A stretch of DNA of 64,000 nucleotides from Sphingopyxis sp. GTDB taxonomy: Bacteria > Pseudomonadota > Alphaproteobacteria > Sphingomonadales > Sphingomonadaceae. The stretch lies in contig NZ_DATFFD010000011.1 in assembly GCF_035250425.1 (NCBI RefSeq), forward strand, positions 5,990-69,989. Reading direction: 5' to 3'. The notes beneath the pieces are model-generated. The model was not told the DNA's origin. It saw nothing but the letters and a program-made list of their open reading frames with translations, and did not search any database. Below, in pieces: positions 49,584-59,165 of this stretch; within the stretch, counting starts at the first letter, position 1; every line of letters begins with the position of its first letter. Made by a program: the position numbers and the translations under genes.

Positions 49584-49692
49584 TTTTGCACTGAACCATA
49601 GCAGCACCCTATTTATTTCAGTTGGTTAGGATCCATCTGAAGTCGACGGCGCACGCCTTCGGTTCGGTTGAGGCCCTGCTTCCGGAAGGCTG

Positions 49693-49733
49693 TTGACACA
49701 GCTCTCTCCTAACTACATATTGCATGTAATATA
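49693..49733 (+). promoter_or_regulatory. Sigma70-like promoter overlapped by a Module C operator
   Basis: TTGACA at 49693, then CATATTGCATGTAATATA at 49716-49733. Confidence 0.65.
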
Positions 49734-49738
49734 TAAAG

Positions 49739-52243
49739 ATGAGTGGGAGAGATGAGATGCGGTTTATGGGCGTGCGTGCCATTCTTTTGGCGTCAACGAC
49801 AGTTTTTTGCTCGACCGGCGCAACGGCGCAGGAGGATCCGGGTGCAGTTGCCGCATCAAAGGTCGGCGCGGCATCCGGCGACGTGATCGGCGATGGGGAC
49901 ATCGTGGTCACGGCAAGGCGGCGCGACGAAACGCTGATGTCGGTCCCTGTGGCGGTTACCGCGCTTTCATCAGAAACGCTCAAGCGCTATAATGCGACCG
50001 ACCTCGGTGCGATCGGCGAACTTACGCCAAGCGTTATCGTGGCGGACTATAAGCTCAACGGCGGCGGTTCGATCGCAATTCGTGGCATAAGCACCCCGGC
50101 GACACAGGTCGGGTTCGAGCAAGCAGTTTCGGTCGCCATAGACGGCATTCAGAGCAGTAACGGGCAAGTGACACAGCTCGGCTTTTTCGACCTTCAGCAG
50201 GTCGAGGTCCTGAAGGGGCCGCAAGCCCTCTTTTTCGGAAAAAATAACACGGCCGGCGTCATCTCGATCGCAACGGCCGGGCCGACGCCCGATCTCCAGG
50301 TGAAGCTTCGTGCCGGCTATGAATTTCGCGCGGATGAGCTGATCACCGAGGCGGCCATATCCGGGCCGATCACGGACACGCTCGGTGCACGTCTGGCGGT
50401 CCGCTACCGCAATATGGAAGGCTATTTGCGCAATCTCGCGCGCCCGATCGCCAACCCTTTCTACAATCCCGCGACGGGCGCGCCCGCGTCGGTTGCCACC
50501 TTGCCAGGCGCGTCAGATACGCGTCCGGGCGAATCCGAACTTCTGGGCCGCCTGACGCTGAAGTTCGAACCGTCATCGGACTTTACCGCAACGCTCAAGG
50601 TGGCGGCCAACTATTCGGACGATAGCGGGGCAGGCATCGCAACCCAGAATATTGGCCCTTGCTCGGGCCCCAATCCACGCGTGAGCGGTGTTGCCGATCC
50701 GTTCGGCGAATGCGTTCCCGACAATCGCGTGACCTCCGGCGACGTGCCGGCTCATATTGCCAGCACGATCCGTGGGCGCGGCGTCAATCCCGATGGTTCG
50801 CCGGGTGGCAAGATGAAGCTCTGGCTGAGCTCGCTCGACCTTCGCTACCATGCCGGGCCGCTGACGATTTCTTCGCTGACGGGTCTCAGCAACATGCGCT
50901 ACCGTTATTTCTCGGGCGCTGATCAGACGACATTTTCGCAGCTCACGGTCTACGAGGATCAGGTTCAGCGCGACTTCAGCCAGGAAGTCCGGCTCAGCAG
51001 CGATTTCGAAGATAATTTCAACTTCCTGCTCGGCGGCTTCTACCAGCACAGTTTTCGCAGCGTCGAGAATGACAACAAGCTGAATGACGGGCAGTATAAC
51101 CTCGCCCAGAACCGGTACACGGGCTTTCACAATTACGCGACGCAACCGGGCGACACGGTCTCTGCCTTTGGCCAGCTCATCTGGGAATTTGTCCCCGCGC
51201 TTGAGCTTGCCGGCGGCCTTCGCTGGACGCAGGAGAAGAAGCGCTTCCGAAAGGTCGGCCTCTACGGCTTTGGGAACTTCAACGTTGCCACGACGAACTT
51301 CCCGGGTTCGAGCGAGCCCGGCGTCCTGCAAGGCCGGTTCAAGGACGAGAATCTGTCTCCCGAAGTGACCCTGACCTGGCGCCCTGATGGCGATCATACG
51401 GTCTTCCTCGCCTATCGCACCGGCTTCAAGTCGGGCGGCTTTGGGATGACCAATCCTCTCCAGCGATCGACCACGATCGGCGCGGTCGATTTCAACTCGG
51501 AGACGGCAAAGGGGTTCGAACTTGGCGCGAAGGGGCGCTTTTTCGATAATGCCCTCAGCCTGACCGCCAATCTTTTTGCCTATGAGTTCAACGATCTCCA
51601 GGTGAACACCTATGATCCGGCGCTGATCGCCTATACGATCAACAATGCCGGGAGTCTGAAGCAGCGCGGTTTCGACCTCGAGGCGAGCTACAGACCGAGC
51701 AGCAACGTGACGTTTCACGGCGCGCTCGCCTATATCGACAACAAGTTCAAGAATTTCATCGGCCAGTGTTACGCCTACACTTTCCCGACCGGCACGACAC
51801 GCGCCACGGCAACGCCGCCGCCGAATTGCAGCTTCGTCAACGCCACCGCGCTGACGCTCCAGCAGGATTATGACGGACGCACTCCCGCGCGTTCACCGAA
51901 GTGGACGGGCAATGGCGGAATCGACCTGCGCGTCCCGGCCGGGAATCTGGAGTTCGGCGCTACTGCGGATGCTTATTACACCGGCAGCTATTATGCCGCC
52001 GACACGCTGGCTCCGCCGACTTATCAGTCGGATTTCTGGACATTCAATGCGAGCGTCAGTGTAGCCAGTGCGGACGAGCGCTGGAAATTGTCGCTGCTCG
52101 GGCGCAACCTCGCCAACAAATATTATGTGGTTTATGCCGTGGACCGGACGGGCGGGGCAGGTGTGCCGGGTGCGATCGGTGAGCAGCGCGGCGTCGTGTC
52201 GCGTGGGCGCGAGGTCACGTTACAAGCTCAGTTCAGCTTCTGA
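49739..52243 (+). CDS. TonB-dependent receptor
   Basis: DIVVTARRR, VEVLKGPQALFFGKNNTAG, terminal FSF. Start 49739 or 49757. Confidence 0.93.
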   Translation: MSGRDEMRFMGVRAILLASTTVFCSTGATAQEDPGAVAASKVGAASGDVIGDGDIVVTARRRDETLMSVPVAVTALSSETLKRYNATDLGAIGELTPSVIVADYKLNGGGSIAIRGISTPATQVGFEQAVSVAIDGIQSSNGQVTQLGFFDLQQVEVLKGPQALFFGKNNTAGVISIATAGPTPDLQVKLRAGYEFRADELITEAAISGPITDTLGARLAVRYRNMEGYLRNLARPIANPFYNPATGAPASVATLPGASDTRPGESELLGRLTLKFEPSSDFTATLKVAANYSDDSGAGIATQNIGPCSGPNPRVSGVADPFGECVPDNRVTSGDVPAHIASTIRGRGVNPDGSPGGKMKLWLSSLDLRYHAGPLTISSLTGLSNMRYRYFSGADQTTFSQLTVYEDQVQRDFSQEVRLSSDFEDNFNFLLGGFYQHSFRSVENDNKLNDGQYNLAQNRYTGFHNYATQPGDTVSAFGQLIWEFVPALELAGGLRWTQEKKRFRKVGLYGFGNFNVATTNFPGSSEPGVLQGRFKDENLSPEVTLTWRPDGDHTVFLAYRTGFKSGGFGMTNPLQRSTTIGAVDFNSETAKGFELGAKGRFFDNALSLTANLFAYEFNDLQVNTYDPALIAYTINNAGSLKQRGFDLEASYRPSSNVTFHGALAYIDNKFKNFIGQCYAYTFPTGTTRATATPPPNCSFVNATALTLQQDYDGRTPARSPKWTGNGGIDLRVPAGNLEFGATADAYYTGSYYAADTLAPPTYQSDFWTFNASVSVASADERWKLSLLGRNLANKYYVVYAVDRTGGAGVPGAIGEQRGVVSRGREVTLQAQFSF

Positions 52244-52275
52244 CACCTTGTTATATCCCCGGCGGGAGAAGCAAT

Positions 52276-53565
52276 GTGGAATTGAATGACAAGATCGAAA
52301 AAGCATTGCATGCTGAACAAAAAGATCACGAAATTTCAGCGGGATGGCGGCTCATACTGGCAAGCGCGCTCGGCATAGGTTTCGGGTCGGTCGGTTTTGC
52401 GACCTATGCGATCGGGGCTTTCATCGATCCGCTCGGGAAGGAGTTCGGCTGGAGCCGGGCCGAAGTGCAAGGGGCGATCGCATTCGGTGTAGGGCTCGGC
52501 GGCTTCGCCGCTCCGATAATTGGTATGTTGATCGACCGCTATGGCGGTCGCTCGATTGCCATCTACGGTCTTTTGGGCGTCACTGTCGGATATCTGATGG
52601 CGTCGACCGCCGGCGGCAATCTTTGCTACTTCTATCTGGCTTACGCTGCCGTAGCGGTGCTGGGTGCGGGGAGCGGGCCGGTTAGCTGGACGCGTGCCGT
52701 CGCGGCGCGCTTCGACCGGCGGCGCGGGCTGGCGCTTGCGCTGACCCTTTCGGGCACCGGCATGGCCGCGATCGTCGTACCGCCCTATGCGGTTCTGCTC
52801 GTCGAAAACTTCGGGTGGCGCGTCGGCTATGTCGGACTGGCATGCCTGCCCTTGTTCGCGCTCCCTTTCGTGCTGCTATTCTTCTTCCCCGCGAAGTCGG
52901 GACCGGCGGCAGCTGCGGCGGCCCCGGTCAGCACAGATGCCGCCTCTGCGCCACCAACCGGTCTGACGCTGAAGCAAGCAACAAGCTCGTACCGCTTCTG
53001 GCTGCTGCTTTTTTCGATTCTCGCCATGTATCTTGGCATCACGGGCATCGTGCCCAACCTCATTCCGGCTCTCACCGACAAGGGCTTCACGCCGTCGGCG
53101 GCGGCGGCAGTTCAAAGCGTCTATGGCTTTTCCTTGATCGTCGCGCGCCTCGGAATCGGTTGGCTTCTCGATCGCTTCTGGGGACCGGCGGTCGCCGCGC
53201 TCGTTTTGACTTCGCCGGTTATGGCCTGTCTCATCCTGATTGGCGAGCCGAACTATGCCACCGCGATCATCGCGTCGGCGCTGATCGGCGCCGCGGCCGG
53301 CGCCGAACTCGATCTGCTCGCCTTCTTTACGGCCCGCTATTTCGGTATTCGAAACTACGGTCGTATTTACGGCTTTCTCTACACCGGGGTCGCCTTCGGT
53401 GCGGGCCTTGGGCCTGTCGCCTTCGCCTATCTTTCCGACCTCACGGGTTCCTACAATGCCAGCTTCCAAGGCGCGCTTGTGCTCTTCGCTCTCGGAGGGA
53501 CCAGTATATTGTTCCTCGGCCGCTACCCGAACTTGAGCGCCGAAACGAGGCCGGCCAATCATTGA
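52276..53565 (+). CDS. MFS transporter
   Basis: About 12 TM segments, GMLIDRYGGR, GWLLDRF, GAAAGAELDLLAF. Confidence 0.9.
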   Translation: MELNDKIEKALHAEQKDHEISAGWRLILASALGIGFGSVGFATYAIGAFIDPLGKEFGWSRAEVQGAIAFGVGLGGFAAPIIGMLIDRYGGRSIAIYGLLGVTVGYLMASTAGGNLCYFYLAYAAVAVLGAGSGPVSWTRAVAARFDRRRGLALALTLSGTGMAAIVVPPYAVLLVENFGWRVGYVGLACLPLFALPFVLLFFFPAKSGPAAAAAAPVSTDAASAPPTGLTLKQATSSYRFWLLLFSILAMYLGITGIVPNLIPALTDKGFTPSAAAAVQSVYGFSLIVARLGIGWLLDRFWGPAVAALVLTSPVMACLILIGEPNYATAIIASALIGAAAGAELDLLAFFTARYFGIRNYGRIYGFLYTGVAFGAGLGPVAFAYLSDLTGSYNASFQGALVLFALGGTSILFLGRYPNLSAETRPANH

Positions 53566-53590
53566 CTAATTACATATTACATGTAATATG
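53562..53590 (+). promoter_or_regulatory. Internal promoter with a perfect Module C operator
   Basis: TTGACT at 53562; perfect 18-bp palindrome CATATTACATGTAATATG at 53573-53590. Confidence 0.72.
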
Positions 53591-53615
53591 ATCCCGACAA
53601 TCGAGGAGATGAATT

Positions 53616-54155
53616 GTGACTGAACTCGTTACGCCGAAGAACCCTGCGCAGACCGCCGACGGTGAACGCCCGCGGATCAAGCTGTTCCGTTTCAACGAAA
53701 CATACCCGGTGCAATGGCATGAGAACAAAATCGGAGCGACACATCGTCCCTGGTGGTTTTACGACGTTCGTGACGCGTCGGATTGGTTCAACATTTTCTG
53801 CATTTCTTGTCTGCAGCCCGGCCAATCTGAGGGCTTCCACAGTCACCTGCCTGAAAATGAAGGGCCCTATGAATGCTGGTATCTCGTGTACCAGGGGAAG
53901 GGCCAAATTCGGACGGAATTCGCCGACTATAACGTCGAGAAGTTCGATGCCGCCTTCATGCCGCCGAATGCGTCGCACCAGATGCGGAACAATTCCGATG
54001 AGCCGCTTTGGTATGCCACGTTGTCGTCGCGCGGCGGACACCCGCTGCGGGTCGATACCTACCAGATGGAATGCTCCGAAGCGCGTCCGGGTTATATGGA
54101 AGAATATGAAAGGATCATGGCGGTGCGCAAGAAGAACGGCCTCCCGGTGCCTTGA
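53616..54155 (+). CDS. Cupin-domain metalloprotein
   Basis: FHSH...YECWY...PPNASHQMRN (H-H-E-H set). GTG start with GAGGAG. Confidence 0.85.
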   Translation: MTELVTPKNPAQTADGERPRIKLFRFNETYPVQWHENKIGATHRPWWFYDVRDASDWFNIFCISCLQPGQSEGFHSHLPENEGPYECWYLVYQGKGQIRTEFADYNVEKFDAAFMPPNASHQMRNNSDEPLWYATLSSRGGHPLRVDTYQMECSEARPGYMEEYERIMAVRKKNGLPVP

Positions 54156-54217
54156 GGCGCCCTCGACTGGAGCAGGCATGGCGTATGCCGGTCAAAACGT
54201 CACGATGGGAGCGAGAT

Positions 54218-55738
54218 ATGCCGGGAGAACCAAACGCGATATTCAAGGGTGTCGTGCGAACCGCCCGGCGTACCCCCGACGCTACGGCGATCCGGTTCGG
54301 CAATCGGCGCTGGTCATATGCCGAGTTGGTTGCGGCGGCTGTGGCTTTTGCGGACGAGCTGGATGCTAGGGGAGTGCACCCCGGCGACCGGGTTGCGTTT
54401 CTCGGCCGAAACAGCGACGCCTATGTGATCGGGTTTCTCGCGACGCAGTATCTTGGCGCGATCCACGTCCCGATCAATTTCATGCTCGGCGAGCATGAAA
54501 TTGCCTTCATTCTTGGCCACGCCGCGCCGCGTCTGCTCTACTCTGACGACGAATTTTACGCTGTAGCGCAAGCAGCCGCAACGAACGTCGCGCCGCTTTT
54601 GGACTGCCTCCGGCTAAGTGCGCCGGGAGCGATCGAGCCATTCGATTTTGGCGAGTGCCGGCGCGAGATATCGGGAGCCCCGCGAGGGGCGCAGCTTGCT
54701 TACACTAGCGGGACCGAGTCCGCCCCGAAAGGTGCCCTGCTTTCGGACACGGGCCTGATCTATCAGCACCTCAGTTGTATCGCGGTGGGCGAATATCTGG
54801 AGAGCGACGTCATCGTACACGCGCTGCCGCTCTATCATTGCGCACAATTGCACTGCTTCCTGATACCGTCGCTTTTTCTGGGCTGCGAAAATATCATTCT
54901 TGCAAGTGCGGAAATCGGCACCGTCATCGCGACCATCGAGGCCGTCGGCGCGACCTCGTTCTTCGCGCCGCCGACCGTCTGGATCAGCCTTATCGGCCAC
55001 GCGTCATTCGCACCCGCCAAGCTGTCGACTTTGCGCAAGGGATACTATGGCGCGTCCATCATGCCGACCGAGGTTATCCAGCGCATGCGGCGGCTGCTAC
55101 CTTGGCTCCGCTTCTGGAACTATTATGGCCAGACCGAAATGGGGCCGCTCGCAACCGCGCTACGCCCCGAGGAGCATGAGGATCGCCCGTCCTCGGCCGG
55201 GCGCCCGGTGCTTTTCGTCGAGACGCGCATCGTTGACGAGGACATGCAGGATGTCTTGCCGGGCGATGTCGGTGAGATCGTGCATCGTTCGCCGCAGCTG
55301 CTGATGCAATATTATCGCGATCCCGAAAAGACTGAGGCCGCATTTGCGGGCGGCTGGTTCCACAGCGGCGATCTCGGCATCATGGATGCGCAGGGTTTTC
55401 TCACGATCGTCGATCGCAAGAAGGACATGATCAATTCAGGAGGCGAGAACGTCGCTTCGCGTGAGGTGGAAGAGGCCATCTACCGGCACGATATGGTCGA
55501 TGAGGTAGCAGTGATCGGGCTTCCCGATCCCAAGTGGGTTGAGAAGGTTTGTGCCGTGGTCGTACTCAAACCTGGCGTCTCGGCAACAAGGGAAGAGATT
55601 ATTCAGGCTTGTAGCTGCCTCGCGCCGTTCAAGCGCCCCAAGCAGGTCGAGTTCATGGAGACCCTGCCCAAAAACCCGTCAGGAAAAGTCCTCAAGCGAG
55701 ACCTGCGTGTGTCGCTGATGGGAAATTCTGCCCTGTGA
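54218..55738 (+). CDS. Acyl-CoA synthetase/AMP-dependent ligase
   Basis: YTSGTESAPKG, YGQTE, WFHSGDLG, DRKKDMINSGGEN, PKNPSGK. Confidence 0.93.
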   Translation: MPGEPNAIFKGVVRTARRTPDATAIRFGNRRWSYAELVAAAVAFADELDARGVHPGDRVAFLGRNSDAYVIGFLATQYLGAIHVPINFMLGEHEIAFILGHAAPRLLYSDDEFYAVAQAAATNVAPLLDCLRLSAPGAIEPFDFGECRREISGAPRGAQLAYTSGTESAPKGALLSDTGLIYQHLSCIAVGEYLESDVIVHALPLYHCAQLHCFLIPSLFLGCENIILASAEIGTVIATIEAVGATSFFAPPTVWISLIGHASFAPAKLSTLRKGYYGASIMPTEVIQRMRRLLPWLRFWNYYGQTEMGPLATALRPEEHEDRPSSAGRPVLFVETRIVDEDMQDVLPGDVGEIVHRSPQLLMQYYRDPEKTEAAFAGGWFHSGDLGIMDAQGFLTIVDRKKDMINSGGENVASREVEEAIYRHDMVDEVAVIGLPDPKWVEKVCAVVVLKPGVSATREEIIQACSCLAPFKRPKQVEFMETLPKNPSGKVLKRDLRVSLMGNSAL

Positions 55739-55761
55739 ACTATATTTCGGGAGAGTAAAAA

Positions 55762-56604
55762 ATGCACACTCATGCAAATCGCATCCACGCAAAGCCGCTT
55801 TCTGCATCGCTGGGCGTAGAGATTCTTGGCTTGAATCCGAAACATCTGTCGGAGGAGGAAAAGGGCGCGATCAAGCTTCTTTTCGACAATCATCATTTCG
55901 TGCTATTTCGCAATGCCGATGTCACCGAGGAGGAGCATGTGTCGCTGGTGCGGGCTATTGGGCCGATTTCCACGGCGGACGAGATCATGAAAGACGGTCG
56001 GCAGTTCACTTATATCTCGAACGTTCATGCCGATGGGCGCGTCCCGAACGGCGAGCTCTTCTATCATTCGGACCATATGTTTCTGGACGAACCGCTGAAG
56101 GGGATTTCGCTTTATTCGATCGAGGCGCCTCGAGTTGGCGGCGAAACGCGGTTCCTGAATTCCGCCAAGGCCTATCAGGCGATGCCGGACGATCTGAAGA
56201 AGCGAGTTGAAGGCCTGTCCGCTCGCCACGTCTACGATTATGACGCGAACCGCGGCGATCAGCGTCCCGATCCCGCCACGCTGAGTGCGAATACCGACAT
56301 GGCAGTCTATCCTCTCGTTTGGCGCCACCCGGTAAGTGATGTGCCGCTCCTCTATATCAGCCGACTGTTCACCATCGAGGTTCTTGGACTTTCGCGCGAG
56401 GAAAGCGAAAAACTTCTGGACGACCTGTTCGCTTACCTCGACACGATCGGCGACGACTATACCCACAAATGGGCGAGCGGAGATCTCATTGTCTGGGACA
56501 ATCTTCATTTGCAACATGCCCGTAACGACTTCCCACACACCGAGCGTCGGGCTTTGCGCCGCGTGCCGATTGCGCTTGAGGCGGCCTACCAGCATTCGGG
56601 ATAA
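55762..56604 (+). CDS. TauD/TfdA-family Fe(II)/2-oxoglutarate dioxygenase
   Basis: YHSD (HxD), GGETRF, GDLIVWDN..LQHAR, R.LRR. Confidence 0.92.
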   Translation: MHTHANRIHAKPLSASLGVEILGLNPKHLSEEEKGAIKLLFDNHHFVLFRNADVTEEEHVSLVRAIGPISTADEIMKDGRQFTYISNVHADGRVPNGELFYHSDHMFLDEPLKGISLYSIEAPRVGGETRFLNSAKAYQAMPDDLKKRVEGLSARHVYDYDANRGDQRPDPATLSANTDMAVYPLVWRHPVSDVPLLYISRLFTIEVLGLSREESEKLLDDLFAYLDTIGDDYTHKWASGDLIVWDNLHLQHARNDFPHTERRALRRVPIALEAAYQHSG

Positions 56605-56921
56605 TCGTCCGCCGATTACGGGCGGTCCGCGCACACTTGTTGCTTCCTCCGGCCAGGGCGCGAGACCGCCTTGCTCACGGTTGTGGGAATGATATTCGCC
56701 TCAGGCATCGTGCAGATCGAACTTCTCGTGCGCGGAGCGGCGTCTTTTTTTAACGCCAATCAGCTCGGCATAACGGCGCTGCGCTGGGCGGGGGGGGGGC
56801 AGCCTATCTTTTATACCTTTGGTCGAAGCTGCTCTGGCCAAGCTTTGGCGCCCATGCAGCGGGCCGGCTCGATAGGCCGGAGCATCCGATTAGACCGCCG
56901 TGCGGGACGACGCTAACCGGA

Positions 56922-57389
56922 TTACAATATCATCAATGTCGAGGTGGCCGAGGCACAGAGCCGCCCATTTTTGTCCGTAAGCTTTGCTTCGACAAATGCC
57001 GTTCGGCGCCCGATCGTCATGATGCGCCCCTCCGCCCGCACCGGGCCATCCGCCTCCGTGATGGCTCGATGATAGGCGATCTTGAGTTCCAGCGTCGTAT
57101 AGGGCTGGCCCAGATCAAGCTTTGACTGGACTGCGCAGGCACAGGCGCTGTCGAGGATCGCCGCGGCATATCCCCCATGCGCCGTTCCCGCCGGGTTATA
57201 GACGTGCGCGAGCGGAGTTCCTTCGAAAACAGCAAATCCCGCCTCGATAGCGACGAGCCGAAAATTGAGGGTCTGTGCAATCGGAGCCTCCTGGCCCGCT
57301 CCGATCAAGGCCTTGAGTTGATCGAGTCCGCTTGGGGGCGTCTCGCGGCCACTGGCCGCCTCGGCAGATTTTGAAGCATTATCGGGCAT
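56922..57389 (-). CDS. PaaI-family thioesterase
   Basis: YNPAGTAHGGYAAAILDSACACA, YTTLELKI. Start re-set to MPDNA. Confidence 0.88.
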   Translation of the reverse strand: MPDNASKSAEAASGRETPPSGLDQLKALIGAGQEAPIAQTLNFRLVAIEAGFAVFEGTPLAHVYNPAGTAHGGYAAAILDSACACAVQSKLDLGQPYTTLELKIAYHRAITEADGPVRAEGRIMTIGRRTAFVEAKLTDKNGRLCASATSTLMIL

Positions 57390-57759
57390 CCGGAATAGCA
57401 CCCCAATCAGATGGTGACGCCGCAGACTGGTTCCCAAATCCTGCAACGCGGCTCGTTCGCCACATCGCATGGCTTATGCCGACATCAACCTTATGTCCTC
57501 GTCAACTTGAGCGTCAAGTCCGTCGCCCCAAACAATGCCCCGCGAATAACACTTTTCAGGTTCGTCGAGACTGGCGATTACGCGGCTATTCCTGATCAGA
57601 CGCGAGTAGAAACCGTCGTTGTAGAAATGAAGCCTTTCGGCAAATGGGCAAGGCACTCACCCAGAGGATGCAGTTGGCTCCACTCCTTAATGAGTGGTTC
57701 GAAATCGATGACATTTTTGGCTTGCTGTGCCGCGGAACAATCTTCGATGTTCCAAATCG

Positions 57760-59055
57760 CTAAATCGCTAATGTGCTGCGAACGATCTCTCCGACATGCC
57801 GAGCTTCAACATCGGCGGAGGAAACCAGAGCAACCGGCGCAATCTGCTTCATTCGTGGGTAAGTAAGGGCTTTGGAAGCAAGGTATTCCGGATCACGTGA
57901 TCCCATCGCCTCGACCACGATCCGTCGTATCTCCCCGGTGTCGCGTGCGTGCGCTTCGAGCAAGAAATCAGGTCGACATGCTCCGAGCGGCGTCAGTGTG
58001 TCAAACAGCGGCTTCTCAAGCGCAAGGGTCCATCCAGCGCGGTCGAGTGTGCGTCGGAGGGCGAGCAGCTCTTGGAGCACGAGACGCTCAAACTCTGAAT
58101 CGACGGGCACGAACCGATTGCCCGCGAAGATCGGCTGGGCATAGCCGCGAAGCGCGGCAAAGTCGTGGGTCTCGGGATATTGGCCGACGACGACCAAGAC
58201 CAGGTAGGGGCCCTTGATCCGGTTTCCCCGGATTGATGGCGACTGGACCCGGTTCGCGAGCACCACGGGGCGGCCTGCAGCTACCTCGATCGTCGAGCCG
58301 CGCACCTCCCGCGCGAAAAGAGCAAGAAAGGCCTGAGGGACGTGGCCGCGAGGCCATCGCGGCGCGAGCGTGCGGAGCGCGGCATAGACGCGATTGCTGT
58401 GGAGCGGCTGCGCATGCGTCCAGAAGGCGCGGCCGAGCTCGACACCCGGTGCGACCTCGACCCGGGCGGCGGTGCAAGCGAGCCGTTGGAATTCGTGGGT
58501 AATCGAACGCTCCGGGTTCTCCTCGCAGAGCGGCGGGCAATGATTGAGCCCAGAGAGGGCCATGAGCCGCCAAAGCAGGCGCGCGAGGTGCGGGATCGAC
58601 CCCTGACGGGTTCGATCGTCGGTCGCGTCGGTTTCCGGGCGTTGCGCCAGATTCTCCGGCGCCGGGCGCAACACCTCGAAATAGCCGATAGGGGGTTCGG
58701 TCGGGCTGTCGTGGGTCCGGACCTCGGATAGCCGGTTGGTCGCCTGCTCGCGGAAGAACGGGCAATTCGCCCGGTGCTCCGGACGTTTTGCACTCGTCAA
58801 CCGGCGCAGATAATAAGTGTCCGCCTCGGACAGGAAGGCGGGCGTTAGGATCGGTGGCGCTTCACCGTCATCCAGGCAATCACAGGCGATCCACCGTTCG
58901 CCGATCCGGGCCTGCTGGACGAGCATGATCCCGGCATCCTCGTCGGCCCGTGAACCCTGACCGATATACCATCGAACGAGCGCCTCCTTGACGAGTGCGG
59001 GAAGAGTGATCCGCCCGCCGCCACAGCCATCGCTGTTTCTTGGAATCAGCCACAT
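57760..59055 (-). CDS. Conserved plasmid backbone protein, Zn-finger plus PD-(D/E)xK-like (DUF1173-like)
   Basis: WIACDC...EHRANCPF and C-terminal RPDF...VVEAMG. Family assignment is from recall and is unverified. Confidence 0.6.
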   Translation of the reverse strand: MWLIPRNSDGCGGGRITLPALVKEALVRWYIGQGSRADEDAGIMLVQQARIGERWIACDCLDDGEAPPILTPAFLSEADTYYLRRLTSAKRPEHRANCPFFREQATNRLSEVRTHDSPTEPPIGYFEVLRPAPENLAQRPETDATDDRTRQGSIPHLARLLWRLMALSGLNHCPPLCEENPERSITHEFQRLACTAARVEVAPGVELGRAFWTHAQPLHSNRVYAALRTLAPRWPRGHVPQAFLALFAREVRGSTIEVAAGRPVVLANRVQSPSIRGNRIKGPYLVLVVVGQYPETHDFAALRGYAQPIFAGNRFVPVDSEFERLVLQELLALRRTLDRAGWTLALEKPLFDTLTPLGACRPDFLLEAHARDTGEIRRIVVEAMGSRDPEYLASKALTYPRMKQIAPVALVSSADVEARHVGEIVRSTLAI

Positions 59056-59165
59056 CGACACGTTCCAATTCGGTTGCCGCTGGTAACGTGGGCTCGTCCC
59101 CGACGGATTGACAGATCGCCGGTAGCTGATCTCCACTTTGCATCTGGCAGATCGGAGGAAGCGTC

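Noticed and set aside
56790-56799. G10 homopolymer as a phase-variation switch
   Set aside because: It lies between convergent genes, not in a recognised CDS or promoter; it may also be a sequencing artefact.
54218-57389. Ligase + TauD + thioesterase as an isonitrile lipopeptide (ScoA-E-like) biosynthetic cluster
   Set aside because: No ACP or NRPS; the thioesterase is on the opposite strand outside the operon; TBDR/MFS/GntR context fits uptake and catabolism better.
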